25,936 nucleotides of DNA, taken from positions 10,980 to 36,915 of the forward strand of contig PKZK01000031.1 of NCBI GenBank assembly GCA_003133025.1, given 5' to 3'. The translations under genes were made by a program, and so were the position numbers. This stretch comes from Vulcanimicrobiota bacterium. GTDB lineage: Bacteria > Vulcanimicrobiota > Vulcanimicrobiia > Vulcanimicrobiales > Vulcanimicrobiaceae. Under the pieces are notes generated by a model. The model was not told the origin of the DNA. It did no database searches and was given only the letters and a program-made list of their open reading frames with translations. This document shows, in pieces, positions 24,411 through 25,936 of this stretch (positions are counted from its first letter, which is position 1; each line of letters begins with the position of its first letter).

Positions 24411-25936
24411 CTAGAGAGCCTCGAGCAGGGCCCGGAGCAGCGGCAAGTGCTCGGCCGGCTTGCGGTCCGGCAGATCCACCAAAATCCGGCCGTCGGCGAA
24501 GCGGAATTTGTTCTTGGTCAACGACTGGAGTTTGGGGATGGCGGTCGGCGCGATCTCGAACGCGCTGCCCACGCCCAAGGTCAGCCGGCTCGCGTCGACC
24601 ACGACCCGCGTGACGCCCTTTTCGATGGCGGTGGCGCGCAGTTTGGTCACTTCGACCAGGTTTTCCAGGGGTTCGGGCAGCGGGCCGAAGCGATCGCGCA
24701 AGCCTGCGGCGAGTTCGTCGACCTCGGCTTGACTGCGGGCGTTGGCCAATTGCTGGTAGGCCCCGATCTTCTGCGAGACTTGCGGGATGTAGTCGGTCGG
24801 GATGTACGCGTCGATCTTGACGTCGATGACGGCTTCCCGCCGTTCGGCGACCTCGGCTTGGCGGCCGCGACGTGCCGCGATCGCCTCGGCCAGCAGTTCG
24901 CAATACGTCTCGAAGCCGACGGCGCCGATGAAGCCCGACTGCGCCGCGCCGAGCAGGTTGCCGGCGCCGCGTATCTCGAGGTCGCGCATGGCGATCTGCA
25001 AACCGCTGCCCAGGTGCGCGAATTCGCGGATCGCTTCGAGCCGCGCCTTGGCGTCTTCGCTCAGCGCTTTGTGCGGCTGATAGAGCAGATACGCGTAGGC
25101 CTGATGGTTGGAACGGCCGACGCGACCGCGCAATTGATAGAGTTGGGCCAAGCCGAACTTGTCGGCATCGTGCACGACGATCGTGTTGACGTTGGGGATG
25201 TCGATGCCGTTTTCGATGATCGTGGTGGCCACCAGCACGTCGATCTCGCCTTCGACGAATGCGGCCATGATCGGCTCGAGTTCGCTTTCGGTCATCTGAC
25301 CGTGGCCGATGGCCACGCGCGCCTTGGGCACGAGCTTCTCGAGCGCACGGGCCACGCCGTAGATCGACTCGATCCGGTTGTGCAGATAGTAGACCTGGCC
25401 GCCGCGATCGAGTTCTTGCACGATCGCTTTCTGCACGATCGCATCGGAGGCGGGCACGACGACCGTCTTGATCGACATGCGGTTTTTGGGCGCGGTTTGA
25501 ATGAGCGAAAGATCGCGAACGCCCAGCAGCGACATGTGCAGGGTGCGCGGAATCGGGGTCGCCGAGAGCGTCAGCACGTCGACGGCCGCGCGCATCTGCT
25601 TGAGGCGTTCCTTGTGCATCACGCCGAAACGCTGCTCTTCGTCGACCACGATCAACCCGAGATCCTTGAAGACCACGTCTTTTTGCAGGAGCCGGTGCGT
25701 GCCCACGATGACGTCGACCTTGCCCTCGGCGAGGTCCTTGAGCGTCGCCTGCTGTTCCTTGCGCGTCTTGAAGCGCGAAAGTTCTTCGACGCGCAGCGGA
25801 AAGCTCGCGAAACGCGTGGAGAAGGTGCGGTAGTGTTGTGCCGCGAGCAGCGTGGTGGGCACGAGCACGGCCACCTGGCGCTTATCGGCCACCGCCTTGA
25901 ATGCGGCGCGCACGGCGACTTCGGTCTTGCCGTAGC
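24411..25936 (-). CDS. mfd: Transcription-repair coupling factor (5'-truncated by window edge)
   Basis: GYGKTEVA at the window edge, VLVPTTLLA, DEEQRFGV, LSATPIPRTL, TTIIENGIDIPN, QLRGRVGRS, MRDLEIRGAGNLLG, C-terminal TRCF domain. Confidence 0.98.
   Translation of the reverse strand, partial: YGKTEVAVRAAFKAVADKRQVAVLVPTTLLAAQHYRTFSTRFASFPLRVEELSRFKTRKEQQATLKDLAEGKVDVIVGTHRLLQKDVVFKDLGLIVVDEEQRFGVMHKERLKQMRAAVDVLTLSATPIPRTLHMSLLGVRDLSLIQTAPKNRMSIKTVVVPASDAIVQKAIVQELDRGGQVYYLHNRIESIYGVARALEKLVPKARVAIGHGQMTESELEPIMAAFVEGEIDVLVATTIIENGIDIPNVNTIVVHDADKFGLAQLYQLRGRVGRSNHQAYAYLLYQPHKALSEDAKARLEAIREFAHLGSGLQIAMRDLEIRGAGNLLGAAQSGFIGAVGFETYCELLAEAIAARRGRQAEVAERREAVIDVKIDAYIPTDYIPQVSQKIGAYQQLANARSQAEVDELAAGLRDRFGPLPEPLENLVEVTKLRATAIEKGVTRVVVDASRLTLGVGSAFEIAPTAIPKLQSLTKNKFRFADGRILVDLPDRKPAEHLPLLRALLEAL

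Overview
GC-rich, very densely packed bacterial chromosome segment with about 29 CDS, many joined by ATGA/GTGA/TTGA overlaps. I found no rRNA, tRNA, CRISPR array or transposase. Left to right: (i) lgt (partial)-yggS-sepF-divIVA, followed directly by an orphan GvpL/GvpF-like gene; (ii) a minus-strand pair of an AhpD/CMD-like protein and a mycofactocin-type SDR; (iii) a compact, divergent flagellar-type module, flgF-like/flgG-like/[Uma2 nuclease]/70-aa flgJ-like/fliA-like sigma-28/small unknown ORF; (iv) hypE-glutaredoxin-hypF for [NiFe]-hydrogenase maturation; (v) minus-strand gap-[secreted S9 peptidase]-pgk-tpiA-gpmI-purine nucleoside phosphorylase; (vi) a plus-strand NHL-repeat/SGNH-like fusion wedged between whiA and gap; (vii) minus-strand mfd (partial)-prsA-yabN/mazG-kal-like-S4 protein-whiA. 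Terrabacteria-type synteny, high GC and hyp genes suggest a soil lineage such as Eremiobacterota (WPS-2), but that is inference only. The best candidates for undescribed biology are the miniaturised rod/sigma-28 module, the GvpF/L orphan in the division operon, the redoxin coupled between hypE and hypF, and the AhpD-like/SDR pair. All protein calls come from motif recognition by eye; no database search was run.
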